Both the position numbers and the translations under genes were made by a program. The notes under the pieces are model-generated. The model ran no database searches. It saw only the letters and a list, made by a program, of their open reading frames with translations, and was not told the origin of the DNA. Shown one piece after another: positions 17,724 through 28,056 of a stretch of 36,967 nt of DNA. Location of the stretch: IMG/VR virus record IMGVR_UViG_2531839130_000014; one strand, 5' to 3'. Source of the stretch: a virus. Its lineage: Duplodnaviria > Heunggongvirae > Uroviricota > Caudoviricetes. Numbering within the stretch: the first letter of the stretch is position 1; each line of letters opens with the position of its first letter.

Positions 17724-19379
17724 ATGAACACCAGAGAAAACAATCTTAAAGCCCTTCATGCGCCCCGCAAAATCAACCTGCGTGAGGAAGCCGGACTGCT
17801 CGGCGTGAATATCGTGACCGATATCGGGGAAGCACAGCCCCGCAATGAACCGGTTTTTCTGGGCTATCAGCGCCGCTGGTTTGAGGATGAAAGCCAGATT
17901 TGCATCGCTGAAAAATCCCGTCGTACCGGTCTGACATGGGCTGAAGCGGGCCGCAATGTCATGACGGCCGCAAAGCCGAAGCGTCGCGGTGGTCGCAACG
18001 TCTTTTATGTGGGTTCCCGTCAGGAAATGGCGCTGGAATACATCGCCGCCTGTGCCCTGTTTGCCCGCGCCTTTAACCAGCTGGCAAAGGCTGACGTCTG
18101 GGAGCAGACCTTCTGGGACAGCGACAAAAAAGAAGAAATCCTCACCTACATGATCCGCTTTCCGAACAGCGGATTTAAGATACAGGCGCTGTCAAGCCGT
18201 CCGTCTAACCTGCGTGGTTTGCAGGGGGACGTGGTGATTGATGAGGCGGCATTCCATGAAGCCCTGGACGAACTGCTGAAAGCGGCCTTTGCACTAAACA
18301 TGTGGGGTGCCAGCGTGCGCATCATATCGACACATAACGGCGTCGATAACCTGTTTAACCAGTACATTCAGGATGCGCGCGAGGGGCGCAAGGATTACAG
18401 CGTTCACCGCATCACGCTGGATGATGCCATCGCTGACGGGTTGTACCGGCGTATCTGTTACGTCACGAATCAGCCGTGGTCGCCGGAAGCGGAAAAAGCC
18501 TGGCGTGATGGCCTGTACCGGAATGCGCCGAATAAAGAGAGCGCCGACGAGGAATACGGCTGCATTCCTAAAAAATCCGGGGGCGCTTATCTGTCACGCG
18601 TGCTGATTGAAGCTGCCATGACACCCGCGCGGGATATCCCGGTTCTGCGTTTTGAAGCCCCGGACGATTTTGAATCGCTGACACCACAAATGCGCCACGG
18701 CATCGTTCAGGACTGGTGTGAACAGGAGCTGCTCCCGTTGCTCGATGCGCTGTCGCCGCTCAATAAACACGTACTGGGCGAAGACTTTGCACGCCGTGGC
18801 GACCTGACGGTGTTTGTGCCGCTTGCCATCACGCCTGACTTACGCAAACGCGAATGTTTCCGCGTGGAGCTGCGTAATGTGACCTATGACCAGCAGCGAC
18901 AAATCCTTTTATTCATTCTGTCCCGTTTGCCCCGTTTTACCGGCGCTGCATTTGATGCCACCGGTAACGGCGGTTATCTGGCAGAAGCCGCCCGTCTGAT
19001 TTATGGCCCGGAGATGATCGACTGTGTGAATCTGACCGCATCCTGGTATCAGGAGTGGATGCCCAAACTGAAAGGCGAGTTTGAGGCGCAGAACATCACG
19101 ATTGCCCGGCACCAGACCACACTTGATGACCTGCTCCACATCAAGGTGGACAAAGGTATTCCGCAGATTGATAAGGGGCGCACAAAAGATGAAGGTGGTA
19201 AAGGCCGACGACATGGCGACTTTGCCGTGGCGCTCTGTATGGCTGTCAGGGCGTCTTATATGAATGGTTTTGTTATCGACGAGGACAGCGTTCGTCCGCT
19301 ACCACCACGCCACCGTGGTGATGATGTTGATAACGATGATTTTGATGATTATCACCAGTTTGAACGAGGGGGCTGGTAA
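17724..19379 (+). CDS. Terminase large subunit (Mu gp28-like)
   Basis: About 551-aa ORF starting MNTRENNLKA with GAGAGG RBS, directly upstream of the portal gene. Confidence 0.75.
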   Translation: MNTRENNLKALHAPRKINLREEAGLLGVNIVTDIGEAQPRNEPVFLGYQRRWFEDESQICIAEKSRRTGLTWAEAGRNVMTAAKPKRRGGRNVFYVGSRQEMALEYIAACALFARAFNQLAKADVWEQTFWDSDKKEEILTYMIRFPNSGFKIQALSSRPSNLRGLQGDVVIDEAAFHEALDELLKAAFALNMWGASVRIISTHNGVDNLFNQYIQDAREGRKDYSVHRITLDDAIADGLYRRICYVTNQPWSPEAEKAWRDGLYRNAPNKESADEEYGCIPKKSGGAYLSRVLIEAAMTPARDIPVLRFEAPDDFESLTPQMRHGIVQDWCEQELLPLLDALSPLNKHVLGEDFARRGDLTVFVPLAITPDLRKRECFRVELRNVTYDQQRQILLFILSRLPRFTGAAFDATGNGGYLAEAARLIYGPEMIDCVNLTASWYQEWMPKLKGEFEAQNITIARHQTTLDDLLHIKVDKGIPQIDKGRTKDEGGKGRRHGDFAVALCMAVRASYMNGFVIDEDSVRPLPPRHRGDDVDNDDFDDYHQFERGGW

Positions 19380-20917
19380 TGGGCCGTATTCTGGATATTT
19401 CCGGGCAGCCGTTTGATTTTGACGATGAAATGCAGACCCGCAGCGATGAGCTGGCAATGGTCATGAAGCGTACGCAGGAGCATCCTTCCAGTGGTGTGAC
19501 GCCGAACCGGGCCGCGCAGATGCTGCGTGATGCCGAACGCGGTGATCTGACCGCACAGGCTGACCTGGCCTTTGATATGGAAGAAAAGGACACCCACCTT
19601 TTTTCCGAACTGAGCAAACGCCGGCTTGCCATTCAGGCGCTGGAATGGCGCATCGCTCCGGCACGTGATGCCAGCGCACAGGAGAAAAAAGACGCCGACA
19701 TGCTGAATGAATATCTGCATGATGCGGCGTGGTTTGAAGATGCCCTGTTTGATGCCGGTGATGCCATTCTCAAGGGTTATTCCATGCAGGAGATTGAATG
19801 GGGATGGCTGGGCAAAATGCGCGTGCCGGTGGCGCTGCATCATCGCGATCCGGCGCTGTTCTGTGCGAACCCCGACAATCTGAACGAATTACGCCTGTGT
19901 GATGCGTCTTATCACGGGCTGGAGCTGCAACCGTTCGGCTGGTTTATGCACCGGGCCAAATCCCGCACCGGGTACGTTGGCACCAATGGCCTTGTGCGCA
20001 CGCTTATCTGGCCTTTTATTTTTAAAAACTATTCCGTGCGTGATTTTGCAGAGTTTCTGGAAATTTACGGACTCCCCATGCGCGTCGGTAAATATCCGAC
20101 CGGCTCCACGAACCGTGAGAAAGCCACGCTGATGCAGGCCGTGATGGATATCGGGCGACGTGCCGGTGGCATTATTCCGATGGGGATGACGCTGGATTTT
20201 CAGAGCGCCGCAGATGGTCAGTCAGACCCCTTTATGGCGATGATTGGCTGGGCAGAAAAAGCGATTTCAAAAGCCATTCTGGGCGGCACCCTGACCACAG
20301 AGGCCGGCGATAAAGGTGCACGGTCGCTGGGTGAAGTGCATGATGAGGTTCGCCGGGAAATCCGTAACGCGGATGTGGGCCAGCTTGCCCGCAGTATTAA
20401 CCGTGACCTGATTTATCCCCTGCTGGCACTGAACAGTGACAGCACCATTGATATTAACCGCCTGCCGGGCATTGTGTTTGATACCAGTGAAGCGGGTGAT
20501 ATTACGGCACTGTCTGACGCCATTCCGAAACTGGCGGCGGGAATGCGTATTCCGGTCTCCTGGATACAGGAAAAACTCCATATTCCACAGCCGGTCGGTG
20601 ACGAAGCCGTGTTTACTGCTCAACCGGTTGTCCCGGATAACGGTCCGCAGAAAGAAGCCGCATTATCCGCTGAAGATATCCCGCAGGAGGATGATATCGA
20701 CCGGATGGGCGTGTCACCGGAAGACTGGCAGCGTTCGGTTGATCCCCTGCTGAAACCCGTCATTTTTTCTGTGCTGAAAGATGGCCCGGAAGCCGCCATG
20801 AACAAAGCCGCTTCATTATATCCGCAGATGGATGATGCAGAACTTATCGACATGCTGACCCGTGCCATTTTTGTTGCCGATATATGGGGGCGTCTGGATG
20901 CCGCAGCAGACCATTGA
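19379..20917 (+). CDS. Portal protein (Mu gp29 / H-like)
   Basis: 512-aa ORF following the terminase, with an acidic C-terminal region. Confidence 0.8.
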   Translation: MGRILDISGQPFDFDDEMQTRSDELAMVMKRTQEHPSSGVTPNRAAQMLRDAERGDLTAQADLAFDMEEKDTHLFSELSKRRLAIQALEWRIAPARDASAQEKKDADMLNEYLHDAAWFEDALFDAGDAILKGYSMQEIEWGWLGKMRVPVALHHRDPALFCANPDNLNELRLCDASYHGLELQPFGWFMHRAKSRTGYVGTNGLVRTLIWPFIFKNYSVRDFAEFLEIYGLPMRVGKYPTGSTNREKATLMQAVMDIGRRAGGIIPMGMTLDFQSAADGQSDPFMAMIGWAEKAISKAILGGTLTTEAGDKGARSLGEVHDEVRREIRNADVGQLARSINRDLIYPLLALNSDSTIDINRLPGIVFDTSEAGDITALSDAIPKLAAGMRIPVSWIQEKLHIPQPVGDEAVFTAQPVVPDNGPQKEAALSAEDIPQEDDIDRMGVSPEDWQRSVDPLLKPVIFSVLKDGPEAAMNKAASLYPQMDDAELIDMLTRAIFVADIWGRLDAAADH

Positions 20918-22217
20918 TCTGGCGTATGCCGCACGCCTCCCGCCAAAGGAGGCTGTCGCGTATTTCCGCGCCAAAGGCTACAACATCACCTGGAACTGGT
21001 ACGAACAACTGGCAGACGCGCACGCCCGCGCCTTTACCGTTGCCAAAGCCACCCGGATGGATGTACTGACCACAATCCGTGAGGAAGTGGAGCGGGCTGT
21101 CAGTGAAGGTATCACCCGTGAGGAATTTACCCGCACACTGGCCCCCCGGCTGCAAAAACTCGGATGGTGGGGAAAACAAATCATCGTGGATACAGACGGA
21201 AACGCGAAGAAAATTGAGCTGGGCAGTCCGCGTCGTCTGGCAACCATTTATGACGTCAACACCCGTACAGCATATGCGGCGGGACGTTATGCGCAGATGA
21301 TGAACACGGCGGACCTGTATCCGTACTGGCAGTATGTCGCCGTTATGGACAGCAGAACGCGCCCGGAACATGCGCGGCTGCACAATGTGGTTTTCCGGTA
21401 TGACGACATTTTCTGGCAGACGCATTACCCGCCGAACGGCTGGCGCTGCCGCTGTCGCGTCCGGGCGCTGTCTGCGGCCCGCATGAAAGAACTGGGGCTA
21501 CAGGTCAGTTATGGTGCGTCATTCATGAATACCCGCGAAGTGGATGCCGGTACGGATGAAAGCACCGGCGAGATTTTCCGCACATCGTCAACCACGTTTG
21601 ACAACGGTCAGGTAAAAATGACGCCGGATGTGGGCTGGTCATATAACCCCGGTTCGGCAGCATTTGGTACGGATCAGGCACTGATTCGAAAACTGGTGGA
21701 AATTCACGACGCGCAGCTGCGTGAGCAGGTTGTGCAGACGCTGAATAACAGCCGGGAGCGTCAGCTTGCTTTTTCCCTCTGGCTTAAACGCCTGGCAGGA
21801 TCACGTCAGACCGGTCATGAAATCCGGGCGCTGGGTTTTATGACGGGATCCGTGGCTGAAGCCGTACATCAGCGCACCGGGAATATGCCAGCCCGTCTGC
21901 TTGTGATGAACGGGAAAAGTCTGGCGACCACTGCTGATGCCGCCCTGAAACCGGAAGATTTACAGCGTCTGCCGTCGCTGATGGCAAAACCACAGGCGGT
22001 ATTGTGGGACAGGGAGAACCACCAGTTGCTGTATGTTGTGGCAACCCGCGACGGCACTGCAAAAGTTGTGGTCAGAACATCGCAGGCTGTCAGCAAACAG
22101 AATGACCGGGCGGATGTGCTGGTCAGTATCAGCCGCGTATCTGCACAGTCGCTTGAAGCCGCGATTGCTGACGGGATGATTGACGTACTGGAGGGGCATG
22201 TGGAGGTGAATAAGTGA
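20898..22217 (+). CDS. Head morphogenesis protein (Mu F-like minor head protein)
   Basis: About 439-aa ORF after the portal gene, start taken at the in-frame ATG at 20898. Confidence 0.75.
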   Translation: MPQQTIDLAYAARLPPKEAVAYFRAKGYNITWNWYEQLADAHARAFTVAKATRMDVLTTIREEVERAVSEGITREEFTRTLAPRLQKLGWWGKQIIVDTDGNAKKIELGSPRRLATIYDVNTRTAYAAGRYAQMMNTADLYPYWQYVAVMDSRTRPEHARLHNVVFRYDDIFWQTHYPPNGWRCRCRVRALSAARMKELGLQVSYGASFMNTREVDAGTDESTGEIFRTSSTTFDNGQVKMTPDVGWSYNPGSAAFGTDQALIRKLVEIHDAQLREQVVQTLNNSRERQLAFSLWLKRLAGSRQTGHEIRALGFMTGSVAEAVHQRTGNMPARLLVMNGKSLATTADAALKPEDLQRLPSLMAKPQAVLWDRENHQLLYVVATRDGTAKVVVRTSQAVSKQNDRADVLVSISRVSAQSLEAAIADGMIDVLEGHVEVNK

Positions 22218-22684
22218 GTCTTGATATGAACGTTGCCGTGGATGTGCGACGTATTCAGCTTGCGCTGGATGAACTGGGAACCGTCACACGTGACCGCGCC
22301 ATTCCCCGTGTGATGTCTGCGGCGCTGCTGTCATCCACGGAACAGGCATTTGAACGGCAGGCAGATCCGGATACAGGGAAAGGCTGGGAAGCATGGAGCG
22401 ATTCGTGGCAGGCATGGCGTCAGGATCATGGTTTTGTTCCGGGCAGTATTCTTACCCTGCATGGCGATCTGGCACGCAGTATTACCACCGATTATGGACA
22501 GGATTATGCCCTGATTGGTTCGCCAAAAATTTATGCTGCCATTCATCAGTGGGGCGGTACACCCGATATGGCACCCCGCCCGGCAGGCGTTCCTGCGCGT
22601 CCTTATATGGGGCTGGATAAGACCGGGGAACAGGAAATTTTTGATGCCATCAGAAAACGCGTCAGCGCCGCTCTGAGGCAATAA
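22214..22684 (+). CDS. Virion morphogenesis protein (Mu G-like)
   Basis: 156-aa ORF after the F-like gene; GTG start preceded by GGAGGTG. Confidence 0.65.
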   Translation: MSLDMNVAVDVRRIQLALDELGTVTRDRAIPRVMSAALLSSTEQAFERQADPDTGKGWEAWSDSWQAWRQDHGFVPGSILTLHGDLARSITTDYGQDYALIGSPKIYAAIHQWGGTPDMAPRPAGVPARPYMGLDKTGEQEIFDAIRKRVSAALRQ

Positions 22685-22880
22685 ACAGAATCAGGCATAA
22701 AATCAGCTGCACAGATTTTTTAAAACGCGCCACGGGATTTTTAAACCGGTATTTAACGGTGTATGAATCCCGTTTTATCTTCCTTCCACTTTCTTTCTCC
22801 AGTACTCAAATAGCATAACCCCAGATTTTCCCGCACCTCCCGCAAACTGACTGCTCACAAACCATGATGAGCAGCAGGAC
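22685..22880. promoter_or_regulatory. G-I intergenic region: expected C-dependent late promoter (PI) and candidate central strong gyrase site
   Basis: 196-bp AT-rich non-coding gap, the longest in the late region, lying 17.96-18.15 kb from the left end at 4729. Confidence 0.35.
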
Positions 22881-23966
22881 ATGAAAAAACACGCGATTGG
22901 CATTGCCGCACTGAGTGCGCTGTCCATTGACGATGACGGCTGGTGCCAGCTATTGCCTGCCGGTCATTTCAGTGCCCGTGATGGTCGCCCGTTTGATGTG
23001 ACAGGTGGTCAGGGGTGGTTCATCGACGGTGAGATTGCCGGGCGTCTGGTTGAAGGCGTTCGCGCGCTCAACCAGGACGTACTGATTGATTACGAGCATA
23101 ACCAGCTACGTAAGGACAAAGGATTACCCCCGGAACAACTCGTCGCGGCTGGCTGGTTTAACGCCGATGAAATGCAGTGGCGTGAAGGTGAAGGATTATT
23201 TATCCACCCACGCTGGACGGCGGCGGCGCAGCAGCGCATCGATGACGGCGAATTTGGTTATCTCTCTGCGGTTTTTCCGTATGACACCGCCACCGGTGCG
23301 GTGCTGCAAATCCGCCTTGCTGCGCTGACCAATGACCCCGGTGCCACCGGCATGAAAAAGCTGACCGCACTGGCGGCAGACCTTCCCGACATCCTTCAAC
23401 AGGAGAACAAACCCATGAATGAAACGCTGCGCAAGCTGCTTGCGCGTCTTGGAGTGACGGTCCCCGAAAATGCAGACATCACCGATGAACAGGCCAGTGC
23501 GGCCCTGAGTGCGCTTGATGCACTCGAAACAGATGCCGGAAAAGTGGCGTCGTTATCCGCCGAACTGGAAAAGGCACAGAAAGCCGCCGTTGACCTGACG
23601 AAATACGTCCCGGTGGAAAGCTACAACGCCCTGCGTGATGAACTGGCACAGGCGACTGCACAAAGCGCCGCAGCCAGCCTGAGCGCCGTTCTGGACAAGG
23701 CGGAACAGGAAGGCCGCATTTTCAAAAGCGAACGCACTTACCTGGAACAGCTTGGCGGTCAGATTGGCGTGGCGGCACTGTCGGCACAGCTTGAGGAAAA
23801 ACAGCCCATCGCTGCGTTATCTGCCATGCAGACCACCACAGCGAAAAAACCGTCACAGGAAAAACCGGCGGTGGCGGTGCTGTCTGCTGATGAACAGGCA
23901 GCAGTGAAGGCGCTCGGCATTACTGAGGCTGAGTATCTGAAAATGAAACAGGAACAAGAAAAATGA
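22881..23966 (+). CDS. Head maturation protease / scaffold protein (Mu I-like)
   Basis: 361-aa ORF with an N-terminal protease-like region and a C-terminal Ala/Gln-rich helical scaffold-like region, upstream of the major head gene. Confidence 0.75.
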   Translation: MKKHAIGIAALSALSIDDDGWCQLLPAGHFSARDGRPFDVTGGQGWFIDGEIAGRLVEGVRALNQDVLIDYEHNQLRKDKGLPPEQLVAAGWFNADEMQWREGEGLFIHPRWTAAAQQRIDDGEFGYLSAVFPYDTATGAVLQIRLAALTNDPGATGMKKLTALAADLPDILQQENKPMNETLRKLLARLGVTVPENADITDEQASAALSALDALETDAGKVASLSAELEKAQKAAVDLTKYVPVESYNALRDELAQATAQSAAASLSAVLDKAEQEGRIFKSERTYLEQLGGQIGVAALSAQLEEKQPIAALSAMQTTTAKKPSQEKPAVAVLSADEQAAVKALGITEAEYLKMKQEQEK

Positions 23967-24880
23967 TTGTCACCCCGGCATCCATTAAAGCCCTGATGAC
24001 CTCCTGGCGTAAGGATTTTCAGGGCGGTCTTGAAGACGCCCCGTCGCAGTACAGCAGAATTGCAATGGCGGTGAACTCTTCCACCCGCAGCAATACCTAT
24101 GGCTGGCTGGGTAAATTCCCGACCCTGAAAGAATGGGTGGGTAAGCGAACCATTCAGCAAATGCAAGCGCATGGCTACTCCATCGCCAATAAAACGTTTG
24201 AAGGCACCGTGGGTATTTCCCGTGATGACTTCGAGGATGACAATCTGGGTATTTATGCGCCGATTTTTCAGGAGATGGGGCGTTCTGCGGCAGTTCAGCC
24301 GGATGAGCTGATTTTTAAACTTCTGAAAGATGGCTTTACCCAGCACTGCTATGACGGTCAGAACTTCTTCGACAAGGAGCATCCGGTATATCCGAATGTG
24401 GACGGCACGGGCGACGTAAAGAATACCTCTAACATCGTTGAACAGGACAGCTTCAGTGGTCTGCCGTTCTATCTGCTGGACTGCTCCCGCGCAGTCAAAC
24501 CGCTGATTTTCCAGGAGCGCCGCAAACCCGAACTGGTCGCACGTACCCGTATCGATGACGACCACGTTTTTATGGATAACGAGTTCCTGTTTGGTGCCAG
24601 CGCCCGGCGTGCTGCCGGTTACGGCTTCTGGCAGATGGCTGTCGCGGTAAAAGGCGATCTGACGCTGGATAACCTCTGGAAGGGCTGGCAACTGATGCGC
24701 TCTTTTGAAGGTGATGGCGGTAAGAAGCTGGGCCTGAAGCCGACGCATATCGTTGTACCGGTCGGGCTGGAAAAAGCCGCAGAGCAACTGCTTAACCGTG
24801 AACTGTTCGCGGATGGCAATACCACCGTCTCCAACGAGATGAAGGGCAAGCTGCAACTGGTTGTCGCTGACTACCTGTAA
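23963..24880 (+). CDS. Major head (capsid) protein (Mu T-like)
   Basis: 305-aa ORF overlapping the protease/scaffold gene by 4 nt, followed by a strong terminator. Confidence 0.8.
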   Translation: MIVTPASIKALMTSWRKDFQGGLEDAPSQYSRIAMAVNSSTRSNTYGWLGKFPTLKEWVGKRTIQQMQAHGYSIANKTFEGTVGISRDDFEDDNLGIYAPIFQEMGRSAAVQPDELIFKLLKDGFTQHCYDGQNFFDKEHPVYPNVDGTGDVKNTSNIVEQDSFSGLPFYLLDCSRAVKPLIFQERRKPELVARTRIDDDHVFMDNEFLFGASARRAAGYGFWQMAVAVKGDLTLDNLWKGWQLMRSFEGDGGKKLGLKPTHIVVPVGLEKAAEQLLNRELFADGNTTVSNEMKGKLQLVVADYL

Positions 24881-24886
24881 CCGTCA

Positions 24887-24914
24887 TTAAAAGGCGGTTC
24901 AGACCGCCTTTTAA
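24887..24914 (+). terminator. Rho-independent terminator after the major head gene
   Basis: Hairpin AAAAGGCGGT-tcag-ACCGCCTTTT. Confidence 0.55.
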
Positions 24915-24946
24915 CCTGATATAAAGGAAAAGGAGGAGCATGTGTT

Positions 24947-25357
24947 ATGTCAGGGACTTCGCTTAATTCACAACGGCTGGACACTTCTCGCATCACTTGC
25001 ACGGCGATTATTAAATGCCTTCGTCCGGTCTACCGCCGCGCCGGAATCGCCTTTACACGTGGCGAAAACACCGTGGAAGTCACCGAAGAACAACTGGCGA
25101 TCATTCGTGCCGACAGCGTGCTGTCTGTGGTATCTGCATCGTCAGCAGAAACGCTCGCTGAGGCTGGGGGGCTGGACGTTCTGGGTGTGGGCGATCTGAA
25201 CGCCCGTATCCGTGCGACCCTTGCCGGTCTGGATAAGGCAAACCCGGAACACTTTACCGCAGGGGGAGAACCCAAAGTGAAAGCCGTCAGTGCGGCGCTG
25301 GGGGAACCGGTGAGCAGTGCGCAAATCAAAGCGGCGCTGGCTGAGGCGGATGCATGA
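24947..25357 (+). CDS. Hypothetical head-associated protein (Mu gp35 position)
   Basis: 136-aa ORF, first gene of the head-tail joining block. Confidence 0.45.
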   Translation: MSGTSLNSQRLDTSRITCTAIIKCLRPVYRRAGIAFTRGENTVEVTEEQLAIIRADSVLSVVSASSAETLAEAGGLDVLGVGDLNARIRATLAGLDKANPEHFTAGGEPKVKAVSAALGEPVSSAQIKAALAEADA

Positions 25358-25779
25358 ATTACGCGACGGTAAATGACCTGTGCGCCCGCTATACACGTAC
25401 GCGGCTGGATATTCTCACCCGCCCTAAAACAGCGGACGGGCAGCCGGATGATGCCGTGGCAGAACAGGCACTGGCAGATGCCTCGGCCTTTATTGATGGC
25501 TATCTCGCCGCGCGCTTTGTTCTGCCGCTTACCGTCGTCCCCTCACTGCTGAAACGGCAGTGTTGCGTGGTGGCCTGGTTTTATCTGAATGAATCACAAC
25601 CCACCGAGCAGATCACCGCAACTTACAGGGACACGGTGCGCTGGCTGGAACAGGTACGTGATGGCAAAACAGATCCGGGTGTGGAAAGCAGGACGGCAGC
25701 CTCTCCGGAGGGAGAGGATCTTGTGCAGATTCAGTCTGATCCACCTGTTTTTTCACGAAAACAGAAGGGGTTTATCTGA
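25354..25779 (+). CDS. Hypothetical head-tail joining protein (Mu gp36-like)
   Basis: 141-aa ORF overlapping its neighbours by 1-4 nt. Confidence 0.55.
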   Translation: MNYATVNDLCARYTRTRLDILTRPKTADGQPDDAVAEQALADASAFIDGYLAARFVLPLTVVPSLLKRQCCVVAWFYLNESQPTEQITATYRDTVRWLEQVRDGKTDPGVESRTAASPEGEDLVQIQSDPPVFSRKQKGFI

Positions 25780-26327
25780 TGCTGGAAGAAACCGAAGCCG
25801 CACTGCTGGCGCGCGTTCGTGAGTTGTTTGGGGCAACCCTGCGGCAGGTGGAACCCCTTACCGGCACATGGACTAACGAGGATGTACACCGTCTCTTTCT
25901 GGCCCCGCCATCGGTATTTCTGGCATGGATGGGCTGTGGTGAGGGGCGTACGCGTCGGGAAGTTGAAAGTCGCTGGGCATTTTTTGTCGTGGCGGAGTTG
26001 CTGAACGGGGAACCGGTAAACCGGCCCGGTATTTATCAGATTGTGGAGCGACTGATTGCCGGTGTTAACGGTCAGACGTTTGGCCAGACCACCGGGATGA
26101 GACTGACGCAGGTCAGAAATCTTTGTGACGACAACCGTATCAATGCCGGCGTGGTGCTTTACGGCGTTCTGTTGAGTGGCACTACCCCGCTGCCGTCCGT
26201 GGTGGACATGGATTCGCTGGATGATTACGAGCGTCACTGGCAGACCTGGAAACTCCCGGCCGAAACCCCGGAATTTGCCGCACATATCAATGTGAATCAG
26301 GAAAAGGATAATGATGCTGAAAATTAA
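25779..26327 (+). CDS. Hypothetical head-tail joining / tail completion protein (Mu gp37-like)
   Basis: 182-aa ORF in conserved position before the sheath gene. Confidence 0.55.
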   Translation: MLEETEAALLARVRELFGATLRQVEPLTGTWTNEDVHRLFLAPPSVFLAWMGCGEGRTRREVESRWAFFVVAELLNGEPVNRPGIYQIVERLIAGVNGQTFGQTTGMRLTQVRNLCDDNRINAGVVLYGVLLSGTTPLPSVVDMDSLDDYERHWQTWKLPAETPEFAAHINVNQEKDNDAEN

Positions 26328-26541
26328 ACCCGCAGAGGGAAAAACCATCCGTGACCCGCTCACGATGGAATTACTGGCGCCTGAGGGAGAAGAAAAGCCC
26401 CGTAACAGTTTCTGGATACGTCGCCTTGTAGCCGGTGATGTGGTTGAAGTCGGGAGCACCGAAAACACTGATGTGGTTGAAGTCGGGAGCACCGAAAACA
26501 CGGCGGATGATACCGACGCTGCGCTGAAAAAAACGGAGTAA
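26311..26541 (+). CDS. Hypothetical small acidic protein (Mu gp38 position) containing an internal 11-aa tandem duplication
   Basis: 76-aa ORF; sequence ...GDVVEVGSTENTDVVEVGSTENTADD... Confidence 0.55.
   Translation: MMLKIKPAEGKTIRDPLTMELLAPEGEEKPRNSFWIRRLVAGDVVEVGSTENTDVVEVGSTENTADDTDAALKKTE
26437..26502. repeat. Two tandem copies of a 33-bp direct repeat (GATGTGGTTGAAGTCGGGAGCACCGAAAACAC-N) inside a coding region
   Basis: Copies at 26437-26469 and 26470-26502 differ only at the last base; in-frame, encoding DVVEVGSTENT twice. Confidence 0.9.
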
Positions 26542-26547
26542 ATCGAA

Positions 26548-28047
26548 ATGAGCGATATTTCATTTAACGCGATCCCGCCAGATGTTCGCGTTCCTCTGGC
26601 GTATATCGAATTTGATAACAGTAATGCCGTCAGCGGAACACCGGCCCCCCGTCAGCGCGTGCTGATGTTCGGGCAAAGCAATAAGGGGGCCAGTGCGGCA
26701 CCAGACGTGCCTGTCCGTATCCGTTCCGGCTCACAGGCCAGTGCGGCGTTTGGTCAGGGTTCCATGCTGGCACTGATGGCAGATGCATTCCTGAAAGCTA
26801 ACCGCGTGGCGGAGCTGTGGTGTATTCCGCAGGCGAAAAACCCCGGTAATACTATCTCTAAAACTACTGTCGGTTTAATCACACTGTCAGGAACGGCAAC
26901 CGAAAACGGCTCGCTTGTGACTTACATTGCCGGTCAGCGACTGGCGGTATCCGTCGCAGCAGGTACCAAGGGATCGAAGCTGGCTGGCCTGCTGACTGAC
27001 CGAATCAACGGTCATCCTGATTTGCCGGTGAAGGCAGTATTGCTCTCAACCACGCCGGATGATGCCGGCGCTACAGATATAGTTCTGACTGCAAAATTTA
27101 CGGGTGCATTATCTGCCGTGGATGTGCGCTGGAACTATTACGCGGGTGAAACCACCCCTTACGGGATTATCACGGCATTCAAAGCCGAATCCCGGAAATA
27201 CATCAACCCGGATATCAGCGCAAGTATCGCGGGAATGGGCGATCTGCAATACAAATATATTGTGATGCCCTATACCGATGAACCGAACCTGAATCTGTTA
27301 CGCACTGAATTGCAGGAACGCTGGGGACCGGTCAGTCAGGCTGATGGCTTTGCCGTGACAGTGCTGTCCGGCACGTATGGGGATATTTCCACGTTTGGTG
27401 TCAGACGTAATGACCATCTGATTTCCTGTATGGGGATTGCCGGTGCACCGGAACCGTCATATCTGTACGCCGCCACCCTGTGTGCCGTTGCCAGCCAGGC
27501 GCTTTCCATCGACCCGGCGCGTCCACTCCAGACGCTGACGTTGCCCGGAAGAATGCCGCCTGCGGTGGGGGATCGTTTCACCTGGTCAGAACGTAATGCG
27601 CTGCTGTTTGACGGCATCTCCACGTTTAACGTGAATGATGGTGGTGAAATGCAGATTGAACGCATGATCACGATGTACCGCACGAACAAGTACGGTGACA
27701 GCGATCCGTCTTATCTGAACGTGAATACCATCGCCACGCTGAGTTATCTGCGTTATTCGCTGCGAACCCGCATCACGCAGAAATTCCCGAACCACAAGCT
27801 GGCAAGTGATGGCACCCGCTTTGCCACCGGTCAGGCCGTGGTGACGCCATCCGTGATCAAAACGGAGCTGCTGGCACTGTTTGAAGAATGGGAAAACGCC
27901 GGACTGGTCGAGGATTTCGACACGTTCAAAGAGGAGCTGTATGTGGCACGTAACAAGGACGACAAAGACCGTCTTGATGTGCTGTGCGGCCCGAATCTGA
28001 TTAACCAGTTCCGCATTTTCGCGGCACAAGTTCAGTTCATTCTGTAA
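26548..28047 (+). CDS. L: Contractile tail sheath protein (Mu L-like)
   Basis: 499-aa ORF immediately upstream of a 118-aa tube-like gene; size and position fit a myovirus sheath. Confidence 0.8.
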   Translation: MSDISFNAIPPDVRVPLAYIEFDNSNAVSGTPAPRQRVLMFGQSNKGASAAPDVPVRIRSGSQASAAFGQGSMLALMADAFLKANRVAELWCIPQAKNPGNTISKTTVGLITLSGTATENGSLVTYIAGQRLAVSVAAGTKGSKLAGLLTDRINGHPDLPVKAVLLSTTPDDAGATDIVLTAKFTGALSAVDVRWNYYAGETTPYGIITAFKAESRKYINPDISASIAGMGDLQYKYIVMPYTDEPNLNLLRTELQERWGPVSQADGFAVTVLSGTYGDISTFGVRRNDHLISCMGIAGAPEPSYLYAATLCAVASQALSIDPARPLQTLTLPGRMPPAVGDRFTWSERNALLFDGISTFNVNDGGEMQIERMITMYRTNKYGDSDPSYLNVNTIATLSYLRYSLRTRITQKFPNHKLASDGTRFATGQAVVTPSVIKTELLALFEEWENAGLVEDFDTFKEELYVARNKDDKDRLDVLCGPNLINQFRIFAAQVQFIL

Positions 28048-28056
28048 GGAGCATTT

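Noticed and set aside
22700-22800. Small ORF (about 15 codons, MNPVLSSFHFLSPVLK) in the G-I gap as a possible anti-CRISPR-like insert
   Set aside because: Too short and without an RBS; the gap is better explained as a promoter and gyrase-site region.
23759-24856. 365-aa minus-strand ORF opposite the major head gene
   Set aside because: Lies entirely antisense to a well-supported, operon-embedded structural gene; low-complexity composition typical of shadow ORFs in GC-rich coding DNA. The same reasoning applies to the other long minus-strand ORFs in the late region (16049-16924, 25731-26501, 30294-30857, 32210-32755, 33653-34273).
26437-26502. Possible CRISPR-like repeat
   Set aside because: Only two directly adjacent copies with no spacers, in-frame inside a coding region; a tandem duplication, not an array.
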